DNA of 64,000 bases. Source: Muribaculaceae bacterium (GTDB lineage: Bacteria; Bacteroidota; Bacteroidia; Bacteroidales; Muribaculaceae). This document shows, one piece after another, positions 30,584 to 40,675 of the stretch. The notes under the pieces are model-generated. The model worked only from the letters and a program-made list of their open reading frames with translations, was not told the DNA's origin and did no database searches. Position numbers and translations under genes: made by a program. The stretch lies in contig JAGAUN010000047.1 in assembly GCA_017620715.1 (NCBI GenBank), positions 3,232 through 67,231 on the forward strand, read 5' to 3'. Every line of letters starts with the position of its first letter. The first letter of the stretch is position 1.

Positions 30584-33500
30584 ATGACCGATTATAATTC
30601 ACGTCAACACTTCCTTGCCCAAGCCCTTGCATCGCGCCTGTTAGTGCTCGACGGCTCCCTGGGAGTCAGTTTTCAGCAGTTGCACCTCTCGGAATCCGAC
30701 ATGAGGGGCACGCAGCTGGCATCGCATCCATGCTCGCTTTCAGGCAATTTCGACATGCTCAATATCACCGCGCCCCATATCGTAGAGCAGATACACACCT
30801 CATTTCTCGAAGCAGGTGCCGATATTATCGAGACCAATACCTTCAACTCGCAGTCCCTCTCGCAGGAGCGTTACGCAACCGCTCATCTGGTGGAGCGTAT
30901 GAATACCTGCGGGGCACGGATAGCACGACGGCTGGCCGACAAGTTTACTGCCTCCAATCCCTCAAAGCCCCGTTTCGTGGCCGGCTCGATAGGCCCGACG
31001 GCGCACACCTTATCTATGAGCGACAATATCGAAGATGCCGCGTGCCGTCGTATTGACTTCGAACAGATGAGCCGGGCAATGCAGCAGCAGGCCGAGGCTC
31101 TCATACGCGGGGGAGTGGACTTTTTGCTCGTTGAGACAATATTCGATGCTCTTAATGTAAAGGCTACTTTAGACGGTATAGACCGCGCCCGTCGTGCAAC
31201 CGGTATCGATATACCCGTCGCGCTGTCAGTCACCCTCTCCGACGCATCGCACCGACTGCTCACCGGCATGACACCCGAAGCGTTTCTTGCCGCGCTGGCG
31301 CATGTACGCCCTATGGCGCTCGGTTTCAACTGCTCGGGCGGTCCCGCCTCGCTCGTAGAAAGCGTAGAGCGTCTTAACCGCATATCTCCTTTTCCTACAA
31401 TTCTTTATCCCAATGCAGGGCTGCCCGACGAAACAGGCCGATACTCCGAGTCGCCCGATACATTTGTAGACGGTCTGTTGCCGTTGATTAAGAACCGCGG
31501 TCTCAACATAGTAGGAGGGTGTTGCGGCACCACTCCGGCGCATATAGCACGTCTGGTTGAGGTGGCTGCCGATGCTCAGTCCCGCATCGCAGGGCAAGGA
31601 GATGTAAGCTGGCTTGCCGGACTGGAGCCTTTCGATCCCCGCGGCAACGGATTCGTAAATGTGGGAGAGCGGTGCAATGTGGCAGGCAGCCGCAAGTTTC
31701 TGCGCCTGATAAAAGAGAAATCCTACGCCGACGCTCTCGAGATTGCCGCCAAGCAGGTGGCCGACGGCGCGATGATACTCGACCTCAATTTCGATGACGC
31801 CATGCTCGACAGTCGAGCCGAGATGGTGCACTTTCTTCGCCTGCTCGCCTCCGATCCGCGCGTGGCTTCGGTGCCGTGGATGATTGATTCCTCGTCGTTC
31901 GATGTAATAGAGGCCGCTCTGGAGAATATCGGCGGCAAACCGATAGTCAACAGTATCTCGCTCAAGCATGGAGAGGATGAGTTCCTACATCAGGCCGAGA
32001 TTATCCGACGGGCGGGAGCCGGTGCGGTGGTGATGCTCTTCGACGAGGAGGGCCAGGCTGTGACATTCGACCACAAAATACGTGTGGCACGCCGCGCATA
32101 CTCGCTGCTTATCGGCCACGGATGGAATCCGCGCGATATTATTATCGATGCCAACATACTCACTATAGCCACCGGCATTGAGGCGCACGTACGTTACGCC
32201 ATCGACTTTATTGAAGCAGTGGAGTGGGTAAAACAAAATCTGCCGGGTGCCCGTACGTCGGGCGGCGTAAGCAATATTTCGTTTGCTTTCAGGGGCAACA
32301 ATTATATACGCCGCGCCATCCATTCGGTGTTTCTTTATCATGCCATGCGGCGCGGACTCGATATGGCCATTGTAGACCCGGCAGGATGTGTGGCGTATGA
32401 CGATATTCCCGGAGAACTTGTGACTGCGATAGAAGATGTGATATTGTGCAGGCGCCCTGATGCCACCGACCGCCTGATATCTCTGGCCTCTGTCTATACA
32501 GGTGCTGACGTTGCCGCGGCTCCGGCTGCCGTCTCAGCTGTTCCCGATTCGGTCGAGAACAGGCTTGAGGAAGCACTGGTACGGGGCAATGTGTCGGCCA
32601 TTGAGGATGATATCAAGGAAGCGATGCGTAAATACGGCAATCCGTCAATCATAATCAATGATATACTCATGGCCGCGATGGAGAAGGTCGGCGCCCTGTT
32701 TGCCGACGGTAAGATGTTTCTGCCGCAGGTGGTGAAGAGCGCTCGCTGTATGCACGTGGCTGTAGAGTTTCTTACCCCATACATGAACGCATCGGCCGGG
32801 CAGTGCAAAACAAAAGGTAAGTTTGTGATTGCCACAGTAAAAGGCGATGTGCACGACATAGGTAAAAATATAGCCGCCGTGGTTATGCGCTGCAACGGAT
32901 TTGAGGTAGTGGACTTGGGCGTGCAGGTCGATGCCTCGACCATAGTGGATGCGGTGCACCGCTATAATCCCGATTTTATCGGCCTGAGCGGACTCATAGC
33001 TCCGTCGCTCAACGAAATGGCCATCACCCTCCGCGCTCTTCATCAGGCAGGTATATCAATACCGGTATTCATAGGCGGAGCGGCCGCATCGGCTGTGCAT
33101 ACCGCGGTAAAACTGTCGTCCGAGTACCCCGACGGTGTGGTGGTATATGTGGCCGACGCCTCTCAAAACCCGCTCATCGCCTCACGCTTGCTGGCCGATT
33201 ATGCAGCCGAGGCAGAGGAGATACGCGCACGCACCGAGCTGCTTATACTCGAACACGAGTCAGTAGCCCGACGTGATGAAGCCGTGTGTGAGCGAATCGA
33301 AATTGATTGGACGAAGGAAGAGATAGTGCCTCCGTCGTTTATGGGCTGTCGTGAAGTCGACCCGATTCCGGTTGCTGAAATTATACCATATATCAACTGG
33401 CGGTATTTCCTTAACTGCTGGCGTACGGCGCCCGACACGACCGAAGCCGAAGAGTTAATCACGGAAGCCAAGGCGTTGGTGTCTGACTTCGGTAACTACA

Positions 33501-34051
33501 GTATGCGGGCGCGAGTGGGATTTTTCAAAGCCACGCCCGGCGATGAGGCGATACTGATAGAGGGCTGCTCAGTGCCGACCCCACGCCAGAACCCTTCGCC
33601 ACAACGCGGAGTGCGACTGTCACTCGCCGATTTCCTCTCGCCGCATGGCGACTATGTGGGTGCTTTCTGCGTTACCGTAGGCGATGAATTGCGTGCGGCG
33701 CTCAAAGAGAATGCCGACCCCTTCAGGCAGCTTCTGATACAGTCGGTTTGCGACCGCCTGGCCGAGGCAGCTTCGGAATATCTGCACCGGCAGGTGCGCA
33801 CCTCCTTATGGGGTTATGCTGCCGACGAACCGTTTGACTTGACCGCGATACTGCGCGGAAAGTACCGTGGCATACGCCCGGCCGTGGGCTATGGCTGTCT
33901 GCCCGACCAATCGGCCATGCATACCGTAGGGAGTCTGCTCAACGTTGAGGAGATGGGGGTGGAGATAACCGTAAACGGCGCGCTCAATCCCGCATCGTCG
34001 GTAGCCGGATTCTACTTTGCGAGCCCTCACGCACGCTATTTTACGCAGTAG
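30584..34051 (+). CDS. metH: B12-dependent methionine synthase
   Basis: LDGS, ETNTFN, GFNC and GGCCG (Zn), VGERCNVAGS pterin domain, FLPQVVKSAR cap, GDVHDIGKNI, GIRPAVGY activation domain. Confidence 0.95.
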   Translation: MTDYNSRQHFLAQALASRLLVLDGSLGVSFQQLHLSESDMRGTQLASHPCSLSGNFDMLNITAPHIVEQIHTSFLEAGADIIETNTFNSQSLSQERYATAHLVERMNTCGARIARRLADKFTASNPSKPRFVAGSIGPTAHTLSMSDNIEDAACRRIDFEQMSRAMQQQAEALIRGGVDFLLVETIFDALNVKATLDGIDRARRATGIDIPVALSVTLSDASHRLLTGMTPEAFLAALAHVRPMALGFNCSGGPASLVESVERLNRISPFPTILYPNAGLPDETGRYSESPDTFVDGLLPLIKNRGLNIVGGCCGTTPAHIARLVEVAADAQSRIAGQGDVSWLAGLEPFDPRGNGFVNVGERCNVAGSRKFLRLIKEKSYADALEIAAKQVADGAMILDLNFDDAMLDSRAEMVHFLRLLASDPRVASVPWMIDSSSFDVIEAALENIGGKPIVNSISLKHGEDEFLHQAEIIRRAGAGAVVMLFDEEGQAVTFDHKIRVARRAYSLLIGHGWNPRDIIIDANILTIATGIEAHVRYAIDFIEAVEWVKQNLPGARTSGGVSNISFAFRGNNYIRRAIHSVFLYHAMRRGLDMAIVDPAGCVAYDDIPGELVTAIEDVILCRRPDATDRLISLASVYTGADVAAAPAAVSAVPDSVENRLEEALVRGNVSAIEDDIKEAMRKYGNPSIIINDILMAAMEKVGALFADGKMFLPQVVKSARCMHVAVEFLTPYMNASAGQCKTKGKFVIATVKGDVHDIGKNIAAVVMRCNGFEVVDLGVQVDASTIVDAVHRYNPDFIGLSGLIAPSLNEMAITLRALHQAGISIPVFIGGAAASAVHTAVKLSSEYPDGVVVYVADASQNPLIASRLLADYAAEAEEIRARTELLILEHESVARRDEAVCERIEIDWTKEEIVPPSFMGCREVDPIPVAEIIPYINWRYFLNCWRTAPDTTEAEELITEAKALVSDFGNYSMRARVGFFKATPGDEAILIEGCSVPTPRQNPSPQRGVRLSLADFLSPHGDYVGAFCVTVGDELRAALKENADPFRQLLIQSVCDRLAEAASEYLHRQVRTSLWGYAADEPFDLTAILRGKYRGIRPAVGYGCLPDQSAMHTVGSLLNVEEMGVEITVNGALNPASSVAGFYFASPHARYFTQ

Positions 34052-34186
34052 TTTGTTACTACGCCGTTAAAAAAATATCACAACTGAGTGCAAAAATAGT
34101 TACAAAACTATTGCAAAAAATAATAGGCGTGTGTAACTTTGCGTGTCCCGAACTTCGGAAGAGATTGTAATAAACACGCGCCAATC

Positions 34187-35155
34187 ATGTCTGCTACATT
34201 TTCAGGCCCTTGGAAATTAGAGCCATATACAATATCTACCGATGCCGCCGATGTGCAGATTGCAAATTATAAGCAACTGAGTACCACCGACCACATCGCA
34301 GAAAGCTGGGAAGCATCAGCTCTTCCCGGCTACCTTTCAAAAGTAATATCCGGGCCCGACTGCGGTCTGTCGATACCCCAACTCATAGAAAAATATGGAG
34401 CCTCACTGCTCGGCAGGAGAGTAGAGGAGCGCTACGGAAAAGTATTCCCGCTGCTGATGAAAGTGCTCGACTGTTCGGGCGACCTCACCATGCAGGTGCA
34501 TCCGGCCGACGATGTGGCTGCGCGCGATTTCGGCAGCATAGGTCGCGAGGAATTCTGGTATATACTTGATGCGCCCGAAGATGCCGAAGTGATGTCGGGC
34601 TTCACCGAGGTGCTTACAAAAGAGGATTTTATTGAAAAGGTGACCGACCGCTCGATTATCAACTATGTGGCGCGCACACCGGCACGCCCGGGAGATGCTT
34701 TCTATATACCGGCGGGGCGTCTGCATACCGTCACCCCGGGCATACTGATATTGCAGATACTTGATCCGGCAATGTCGGGCTACGATGTATTCTCTTTCGA
34801 CGATTCCCGTAATACTACCATACGTTCCGAAGCGGAGGCTGCCGCCGAAGTGGTTGACCTTACGGTAATGCCGTCGTACCGTACCGAGCCCGAGCCTACT
34901 ATTGACGGCATTGAAGGTCTGGCACACACAAGCCATTTCACCGCCAACCGTATAGCCATAACCGGTCGTAAGATTTTCTATAATTACGAGGATACCTTTA
35001 TATTATATCATTGTATAGGGGGAGCGGTGAAAATATGGACCGATGACAAGTCGGAGGCCGTGGAGCTGACACGCGGACAGAGCGCGTTGCTGGGTGCATC
35101 GGCCAAGAGAGTGACCTTTGACGGTAACGGTGTTGTAATCTCAGCCCAGATGTAG
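34187..35155 (+). CDS. Divergent type I mannose-6-phosphate isomerase-like cupin
   Basis: ESWE, FPLLMKVLD, LTMQVHP, EFWY, PAGRLH. Several PMI residues are altered (see findings). Confidence 0.75.
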   Translation: MSATFSGPWKLEPYTISTDAADVQIANYKQLSTTDHIAESWEASALPGYLSKVISGPDCGLSIPQLIEKYGASLLGRRVEERYGKVFPLLMKVLDCSGDLTMQVHPADDVAARDFGSIGREEFWYILDAPEDAEVMSGFTEVLTKEDFIEKVTDRSIINYVARTPARPGDAFYIPAGRLHTVTPGILILQILDPAMSGYDVFSFDDSRNTTIRSEAEAAAEVVDLTVMPSYRTEPEPTIDGIEGLAHTSHFTANRIAITGRKIFYNYEDTFILYHCIGGAVKIWTDDKSEAVELTRGQSALLGASAKRVTFDGNGVVISAQM

Positions 35156-35238
35156 AGCCGCCGCACCGTGCTCCACTATTGGTTTTATTAGTCTTATTGC
35201 TTATCTTTGCGGGTGTCATATACCAAAAAAACACGCGC

Positions 35239-35412
35239 GTGAACACTGCCGCAAAATTACGTTTCGCCTGTATAGTATTGCTCTGGCTGCTGCTTTGCTG
35301 GATAGTAGTGTCGTCGACACCACGTATTACGCTATATACCATATTTGTAATAGTAGCGTCGGGCATAGTGGTGTTTGTGCCGTTGTATAAAAAATACAAG
35401 AAGAAGCAATGA
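35239..35412 (+). CDS. Small two-TM membrane protein (57 aa)
   Basis: GTG start after a -7 box (35202-35209); two hydrophobic segments and a Lys-rich tail; ATGA overlap with dxs. Confidence 0.6.
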   Translation: MNTAAKLRFACIVLLWLLLCWIVVSSTPRITLYTIFVIVASGIVVFVPLYKKYKKKQ

Positions 35413-37361
35413 GTGCCATATTACCGGTAAAACCGCAACTCGATGCCCATCCCCTTGATGTAGGGTTGTATCCATTGCTCTCGAAAATCGAAAGTCCGGC
35501 TGATTTGCGCCAGCTCCCTGTAGAGCTTTTGCCGTCGCTGTGTGCCGAAATCCGCCACTTCCTCATACATTCGCTTGCAGTCAATCCGGGGCACTTCGCC
35601 TCGAGTATGGGCGCGGTTGAAATCACCGTGGCCCTGCATTATGTATTCGATACCCCTTCAGATCGCATAGTGTGGGATGTGGGGCATCAGGCTTACGTGC
35701 ACAAGCTGCTCACAGGCCGTGCCGCGCTTTTCCATACCAACCGTAAGCTCGGCGGATTGTCGGGGTTCCCGTTTCCCGACGAGTCTCCTTACGATACTTT
35801 TACCGCCGGTCACGCCTCCAATTCCATCTCGGCCGCCCTCGGCATGGCCGTAGCCTCGGCCAACGAGGAGCCGAAGCGCAATGTGGTGGCGGTGATAGGC
35901 GACGCTTCGATAAGCGGCGGTCTGGCGTTCGAGGGGCTCAATAATGCCGCCAACTCCGGGAGCAACCTGCTTATAGTGCTCAACGACAACGATATGTCGA
36001 TTGACCGTAATGTGGGCTCGCTCAACTCCTATCTGGCGCACCTCACCACATCGAAATTTTACAATGCCACACGCGGCGTAGCGTATCATATTTGCAAAGG
36101 TTTGCATCTGTATAAGGATGAGAATCACGGGCGCATGACCCGATTCCACAATTCCCTCAAATCATTCATAACCCGCGAGACCAATATATTCGAAGGTCTG
36201 AGCATACGCTACTTCGGGCCTTTCGACGGGCATGATATGAAGCGGCTGGTAAAAGTGTTTACCGAACTCAAGGATATACGGGGGCCGCGTCTGCTGCACC
36301 TTCGTACGGTAAAGGGCAAAGGTTACGCTCCCGCCGAGGCTGACCCTGCCAATTGGCATGCGCCCGGTCGGTTCGACCCTGCCACCGGCCAGCGAGACGT
36401 AGACTCCCGTGCAATGTCGCCCGCCAAATACCAGGATGTGTTCGGGGTGACACTTGCAGAGCTCGCCGCTTCCGATTCGCGCATAGTAGGCATAACTGCC
36501 GCCATGCTTTCAGGCACATCGCTGTCTATCTTGCAGAAAGAGATGCCCGAGCGAACATTCGATGTGGGTATTTCCGAGGGGCACGCCGTAACCTTTGCCG
36601 CCGGTCTGGCCCGCGAGGGGAAGCGCCCTGTAGTGGCTATTTACTCATCGTTTCTGCAGCGGGCTTTCGACCAGATTATCCACGATGTGGCGCTGCAGCA
36701 TCTGCCCGTAGTATTTGCAATTGACCGTGCCGGTATAGTGGGCGAAGACGGTGCCACGCACCACGGAGCTCTCGACCTGGCGTACCTTTCGGCTGTGCCG
36801 GGCCTCACTATTGCCGCTCCGCGCAATGAGATATACCTGCGCCATCTGCTATACACCGCATTGCGCCCCGAGGCCGACGGCCCCATGGCCATACGCTATC
36901 CCCGCGGCAGCGGTTCTATTACCGCATGGCGCAAGCCGATGGAGCTTCTCACACCGGGTAAAGGCGAAAAGCTCGCCGCCGGCACCGATGTGGTGATACT
37001 CTCGATAGGAACCATAGCCGACGAGGTGAGTAAAGCGATAGAGGCTGCAAAAGCCGAGGGCATCTCAGTAGCTCATTACGACATGATATTCCTCAAGCCA
37101 ATAGACACAGGCATACTTGAGGAAGTGGCACAGTCGGGGTTGCCGGTAATCACGATAGAGGACGGCACGATAAAGGGTGGTTTAGGCTCCGCCGCCGTAG
37201 AGTGGTGGGCCGACAACGGCTACTCTCTCCGTGTGAAGCGAATGGGTATACCCGACATGTTTGTGCCTCATGGCCGTGTGGCACAGCTTAAGAAACTATG
37301 CTGTATCGACGCCGACAGTATATTGACCGAGATACGTCACATCATATCATCACAAAAATGA
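35409..37361 (+). CDS. dxs: 1-deoxy-D-xylulose-5-phosphate synthase
   Basis: WDVGHQAY, GHASNSIS, GDAS..N, DVGISEGHA, DRAGIVGEDGATH, RYPRG. Confidence 0.97.
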   Translation: MSAILPVKPQLDAHPLDVGLYPLLSKIESPADLRQLPVELLPSLCAEIRHFLIHSLAVNPGHFASSMGAVEITVALHYVFDTPSDRIVWDVGHQAYVHKLLTGRAALFHTNRKLGGLSGFPFPDESPYDTFTAGHASNSISAALGMAVASANEEPKRNVVAVIGDASISGGLAFEGLNNAANSGSNLLIVLNDNDMSIDRNVGSLNSYLAHLTTSKFYNATRGVAYHICKGLHLYKDENHGRMTRFHNSLKSFITRETNIFEGLSIRYFGPFDGHDMKRLVKVFTELKDIRGPRLLHLRTVKGKGYAPAEADPANWHAPGRFDPATGQRDVDSRAMSPAKYQDVFGVTLAELAASDSRIVGITAAMLSGTSLSILQKEMPERTFDVGISEGHAVTFAAGLAREGKRPVVAIYSSFLQRAFDQIIHDVALQHLPVVFAIDRAGIVGEDGATHHGALDLAYLSAVPGLTIAAPRNEIYLRHLLYTALRPEADGPMAIRYPRGSGSITAWRKPMELLTPGKGEKLAAGTDVVILSIGTIADEVSKAIEAAKAEGISVAHYDMIFLKPIDTGILEEVAQSGLPVITIEDGTIKGGLGSAAVEWWADNGYSLRVKRMGIPDMFVPHGRVAQLKKLCCIDADSILTEIRHIISSQK

Positions 37362-38695
37362 AGATAGTAATTGCCGGAGCCGGGCAAGTGGGTTCACACC
37401 TGGCACGCCTGCTTTCGGGCGAAAACCAAGATATCATAGTGGTTGATGCCGATCAGCGCAATCTCTCGACGCTCGACGGCAGCTGCAACCTGCTCACATT
37501 GCGCGGCAATCCGATATCGTTTGAGGTGCTTCGCGAGGCGCGTGTGGGCAGTTGCGACCTCTTTGTGGCAGTGACTCCTCAGGAAACCACCAATGTAGTG
37601 GCCTGTACAATGGCAAAGAGTCTCGGGGCAAAGCGCACCGTGGCCCGAATCGACAATTATGAGTTCATGCGCAAGGCCAACAGCGAGTTTTTCACCCGCC
37701 AGGGCGTCGATGTGATGATATATCCCGAGTATCTCGCTGCCCGGGAGATACTCCAGGCGCTCGAGCGCAACTGGGTGCGCAACTGGTTTGAGATACACAA
37801 CGGCCAGCTCATAGTGGTGGGCCTGAAGATTCGCGACAACAGCGAGTTTGCCGGGCTGCAGCTGCGCAATCTCTTCACCCTCTCGCACAATTTTCACGTA
37901 TCGGCCATAAAGCGTCGCCACGAGACCATCATACCGCGCGGCAACGACGTGATACAGCCCGACGATATAGTGTACTTCACCACAGTGCCTGAAGGGGTCG
38001 ACGAATTGCGTCGCATGTCGGGCAAGCGCCAGGTGTCGATACGCCGCATTCTCATAGTGGGAGGCAGCCGCATAGCCGTTCGTCTGGTCAATATGGCGCC
38101 CGACCGATACCGGTTCAGTATCATAGAGCAGAACCGAGAGCGTTGCGACCGTCTTGCCGAGCTATGTCCGCAGGCAACCATAATCAATGCCGACGGCCGC
38201 GATATCGACGTGCTGCGTCAGGAAGGCATCGCCGAGGCCGATGCTTTTGTTGCTCTCACCGACCGCTCCGAGTCGAACATTCTCACCTGTCTCACCTCCA
38301 AGGAGCACGGTGTGGTCAAGACCATAGCCGAGGTGGAAGAGATGCAGTTTATCTCCGAAGCCGAGAATCTCAACATAGGCACCATAATCAACAAGAAACT
38401 GCTGGCGTCGGCCAAGGTGTTTCAGATGCTGCTCGACTCCGATTCCGAATCGTCGAAATTTATGGCGCTTGCCGATGCCGATGTGGCCGAAATTGAGGTA
38501 CGCCCGGGCGCAAAAATCACCAAGGGCCCGGTAAAGGATCTGCATCTACCTGTGGGAATGAACATAGCCGGTCTGATACGTCCCGACGGCAAGGGTATAC
38601 TTGTGGGAGGCGATACAGTGATACAGCCGGGCGACCACGTGGTGGTGTTCTGTCTCGCAGGTATCATACATAAAGTGGAACGACTCTTCAACTGA
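37358..38695 (+). CDS. trkA: Trk potassium uptake NAD-binding subunit
   Basis: Two RCK_N domains (GAGQVG; VGGSRIA) and two RCK_C domains. Start at MKIVIAG. Confidence 0.93.
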   Translation: MKIVIAGAGQVGSHLARLLSGENQDIIVVDADQRNLSTLDGSCNLLTLRGNPISFEVLREARVGSCDLFVAVTPQETTNVVACTMAKSLGAKRTVARIDNYEFMRKANSEFFTRQGVDVMIYPEYLAAREILQALERNWVRNWFEIHNGQLIVVGLKIRDNSEFAGLQLRNLFTLSHNFHVSAIKRRHETIIPRGNDVIQPDDIVYFTTVPEGVDELRRMSGKRQVSIRRILIVGGSRIAVRLVNMAPDRYRFSIIEQNRERCDRLAELCPQATIINADGRDIDVLRQEGIAEADAFVALTDRSESNILTCLTSKEHGVVKTIAEVEEMQFISEAENLNIGTIINKKLLASAKVFQMLLDSDSESSKFMALADADVAEIEVRPGAKITKGPVKDLHLPVGMNIAGLIRPDGKGILVGGDTVIQPGDHVVVFCLAGIIHKVERLFN

Positions 38696-38702
38696 TACGT
38701 CG

Positions 38703-40154
38703 ATGGCGCACACTCTCCGTCATATTAATTTCGCGATAGTATTCCGCGTCGTCGGCTGGCTTTTGGGCATTGAGGCACTCTTTATGCTTATGGCCGCGGC
38801 CGTAGGTCTGTGCTATGATGAGTCTGACAGTTTCTCCTTTTTAGCCGGAGCCGGTATCACCCTCATGGCCGGAGCACTGCTCAGTTTCGGCCTGCGGCGC
38901 ACGTCGCGCGATATGGGCAAATACGAGGCCTTTTTGCTTACGGCGCTGGTGTGGATAGTGTTTTCGCTGTTCAGCACGATACCGCTGATGCTTTGCAGGC
39001 AGCCCATGACTTTTACCGACGCATTTTTCGAATCGATGTCGGGCTTTACCACCACCGGATGCACTGTGGCCCCTTCGGTTGAGGCACTGTCGCATACCGT
39101 CAACTTCTGGCGCTGCCTCATAGAGTGGATAGGCGGTATGGGAATCATTCTGTTTACCCTTGCCGTAATACCTATGCTCAACCATTCCGGCGGCATGCAG
39201 ATGTTTAATGCTGAGGTTACCGGTATAACCCACGAGAAGCTGCGTCCGCGAGTGTCGCAGACGGCAAAGGGCCTCTGGAGCGTATACTTCATTCTTACGG
39301 CAGCGCTGATAGGGCTGTTGTGCCTGAGCCCGATGAATCTTTTCGACAGCGCGTGCCATGCCTTCTCCACGATGTCGACCGGCGGCTTCTCCACATTCAA
39401 CGACAGCCTTGCCCATATCGATTCCACCTATGTCAATGTAGTGGTACTGGTGTTCATGTTTCTCGGCGGTACGAGCTTTGCGCTGATATATAAATTTTTG
39501 CACGGCGACCGCAAACCCTTGTACAAGAACAGCGTATTTCGCGTATACGCAGGCACCGTTGTAGGCGCGTATATACTCATAGCCGGAACTATTCTTATCA
39601 CAGGACAGTACACCGGATGGGAATCGGTTACCGTCGACCCCCTCTTTCAGGTGATAAGCGCCATAAGTTCTACCGGATTCATGGTATGCGATATTGAGCC
39701 GTGGGGCGGTTTTGCCATAGCGCTGCTCTTCATACTGATGTTTTCGGGAGCATGCGCCGGGTCAACGAGCGGCGGTGCCAAGATTGACCGTATGATAGTG
39801 CTTGCAAAGTATTCTTCTAACGAAATATACAGATGTCTGCACCCCAACACAATATGCAGTGTGAGGTTAGGCGGGAAAATCATGTCGCCCGATGTAGTGT
39901 CGAAGGTTATCGCCTTTATATGTCTGTATATGTTGGTGATGATAGTGGGCGGACTGCTGCTTACGGCGTTCGGTATGCCGCTGCTTTCGGCCTTCCATAC
40001 CTCTTTCTCATGTGTGTCTAATACATCGTATGGTGATGGCTATCAGCTTATTCCGGATGCCGGAAAGTGGTGTATGACGCTGCTTATGCTTGCCGGTCGT
40101 CTTGAGATATACTCCATACTGATACTTTTTTCGCGTACGTTTTGGACCAAGTAA
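38703..40154 (+). CDS. trkH: Trk potassium uptake membrane subunit
   Basis: FFESMSGFTTTG, IGGMG, STGGFS, AGSTSGGAK, MLAGRLE. Confidence 0.94.
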   Translation: MAHTLRHINFAIVFRVVGWLLGIEALFMLMAAAVGLCYDESDSFSFLAGAGITLMAGALLSFGLRRTSRDMGKYEAFLLTALVWIVFSLFSTIPLMLCRQPMTFTDAFFESMSGFTTTGCTVAPSVEALSHTVNFWRCLIEWIGGMGIILFTLAVIPMLNHSGGMQMFNAEVTGITHEKLRPRVSQTAKGLWSVYFILTAALIGLLCLSPMNLFDSACHAFSTMSTGGFSTFNDSLAHIDSTYVNVVVLVFMFLGGTSFALIYKFLHGDRKPLYKNSVFRVYAGTVVGAYILIAGTILITGQYTGWESVTVDPLFQVISAISSTGFMVCDIEPWGGFAIALLFILMFSGACAGSTSGGAKIDRMIVLAKYSSNEIYRCLHPNTICSVRLGGKIMSPDVVSKVIAFICLYMLVMIVGGLLLTAFGMPLLSAFHTSFSCVSNTSYGDGYQLIPDAGKWCMTLLMLAGRLEIYSILILFSRTFWTK

Positions 40155-40284
40155 TCAGCCTTATATATGTCTGAAGTGTACTTTTTGGGCTGTAATGGCA
40201 AAAAAACATCGAGAATATTTTGGCAGAATAAAAATATTGCCTACCTTTGCATCGCAAAAGGGAAATAGCCCCGCAAGCGCCAAC

Positions 40285-40357
<73 letters not shown>

Positions 40358-40411
40358 CAAGTTCTTTGAAATACTTCCGATTTTAGCAATCTCACATTTC
40401 TTGCTAATTTT

Positions 40412-40484
<73 letters not shown>

Positions 40485-40512
40485 CAAATCTGATTGCTTT
40501 AATCGGAATCCT

Positions 40513-40596
40513 GTCCGGGTGGTGGAATTGGTAGACACGCTACTTTGAGGGGGTAGTGGCCGTTGGGCTGTGTGAGTTCGAATCTCATCTCGGACA
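40513..40596 (+). tRNA. tRNA-Leu (GAG)
   Basis: GGAATTGGTAGAC D-arm, anticodon loop TTGAGGG, long variable arm, GTTCGAAT. Confidence 0.95.
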
Positions 40597-40602
40597 CCTT
40601 AG

Positions 40603-40642
40603 AAAAACCGCATGACGTATATTAACGCCGTGCGGTTTTTTT
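40603..40642 (+). terminator. Intrinsic terminator after tRNA cluster (probably bidirectional)
   Basis: aaaaaccgca...tgcggttttttt. Confidence 0.8.
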
Positions 40643-40675
40643 CTTGCATATAGTTCCCTTATTGTATCGTGGAGG

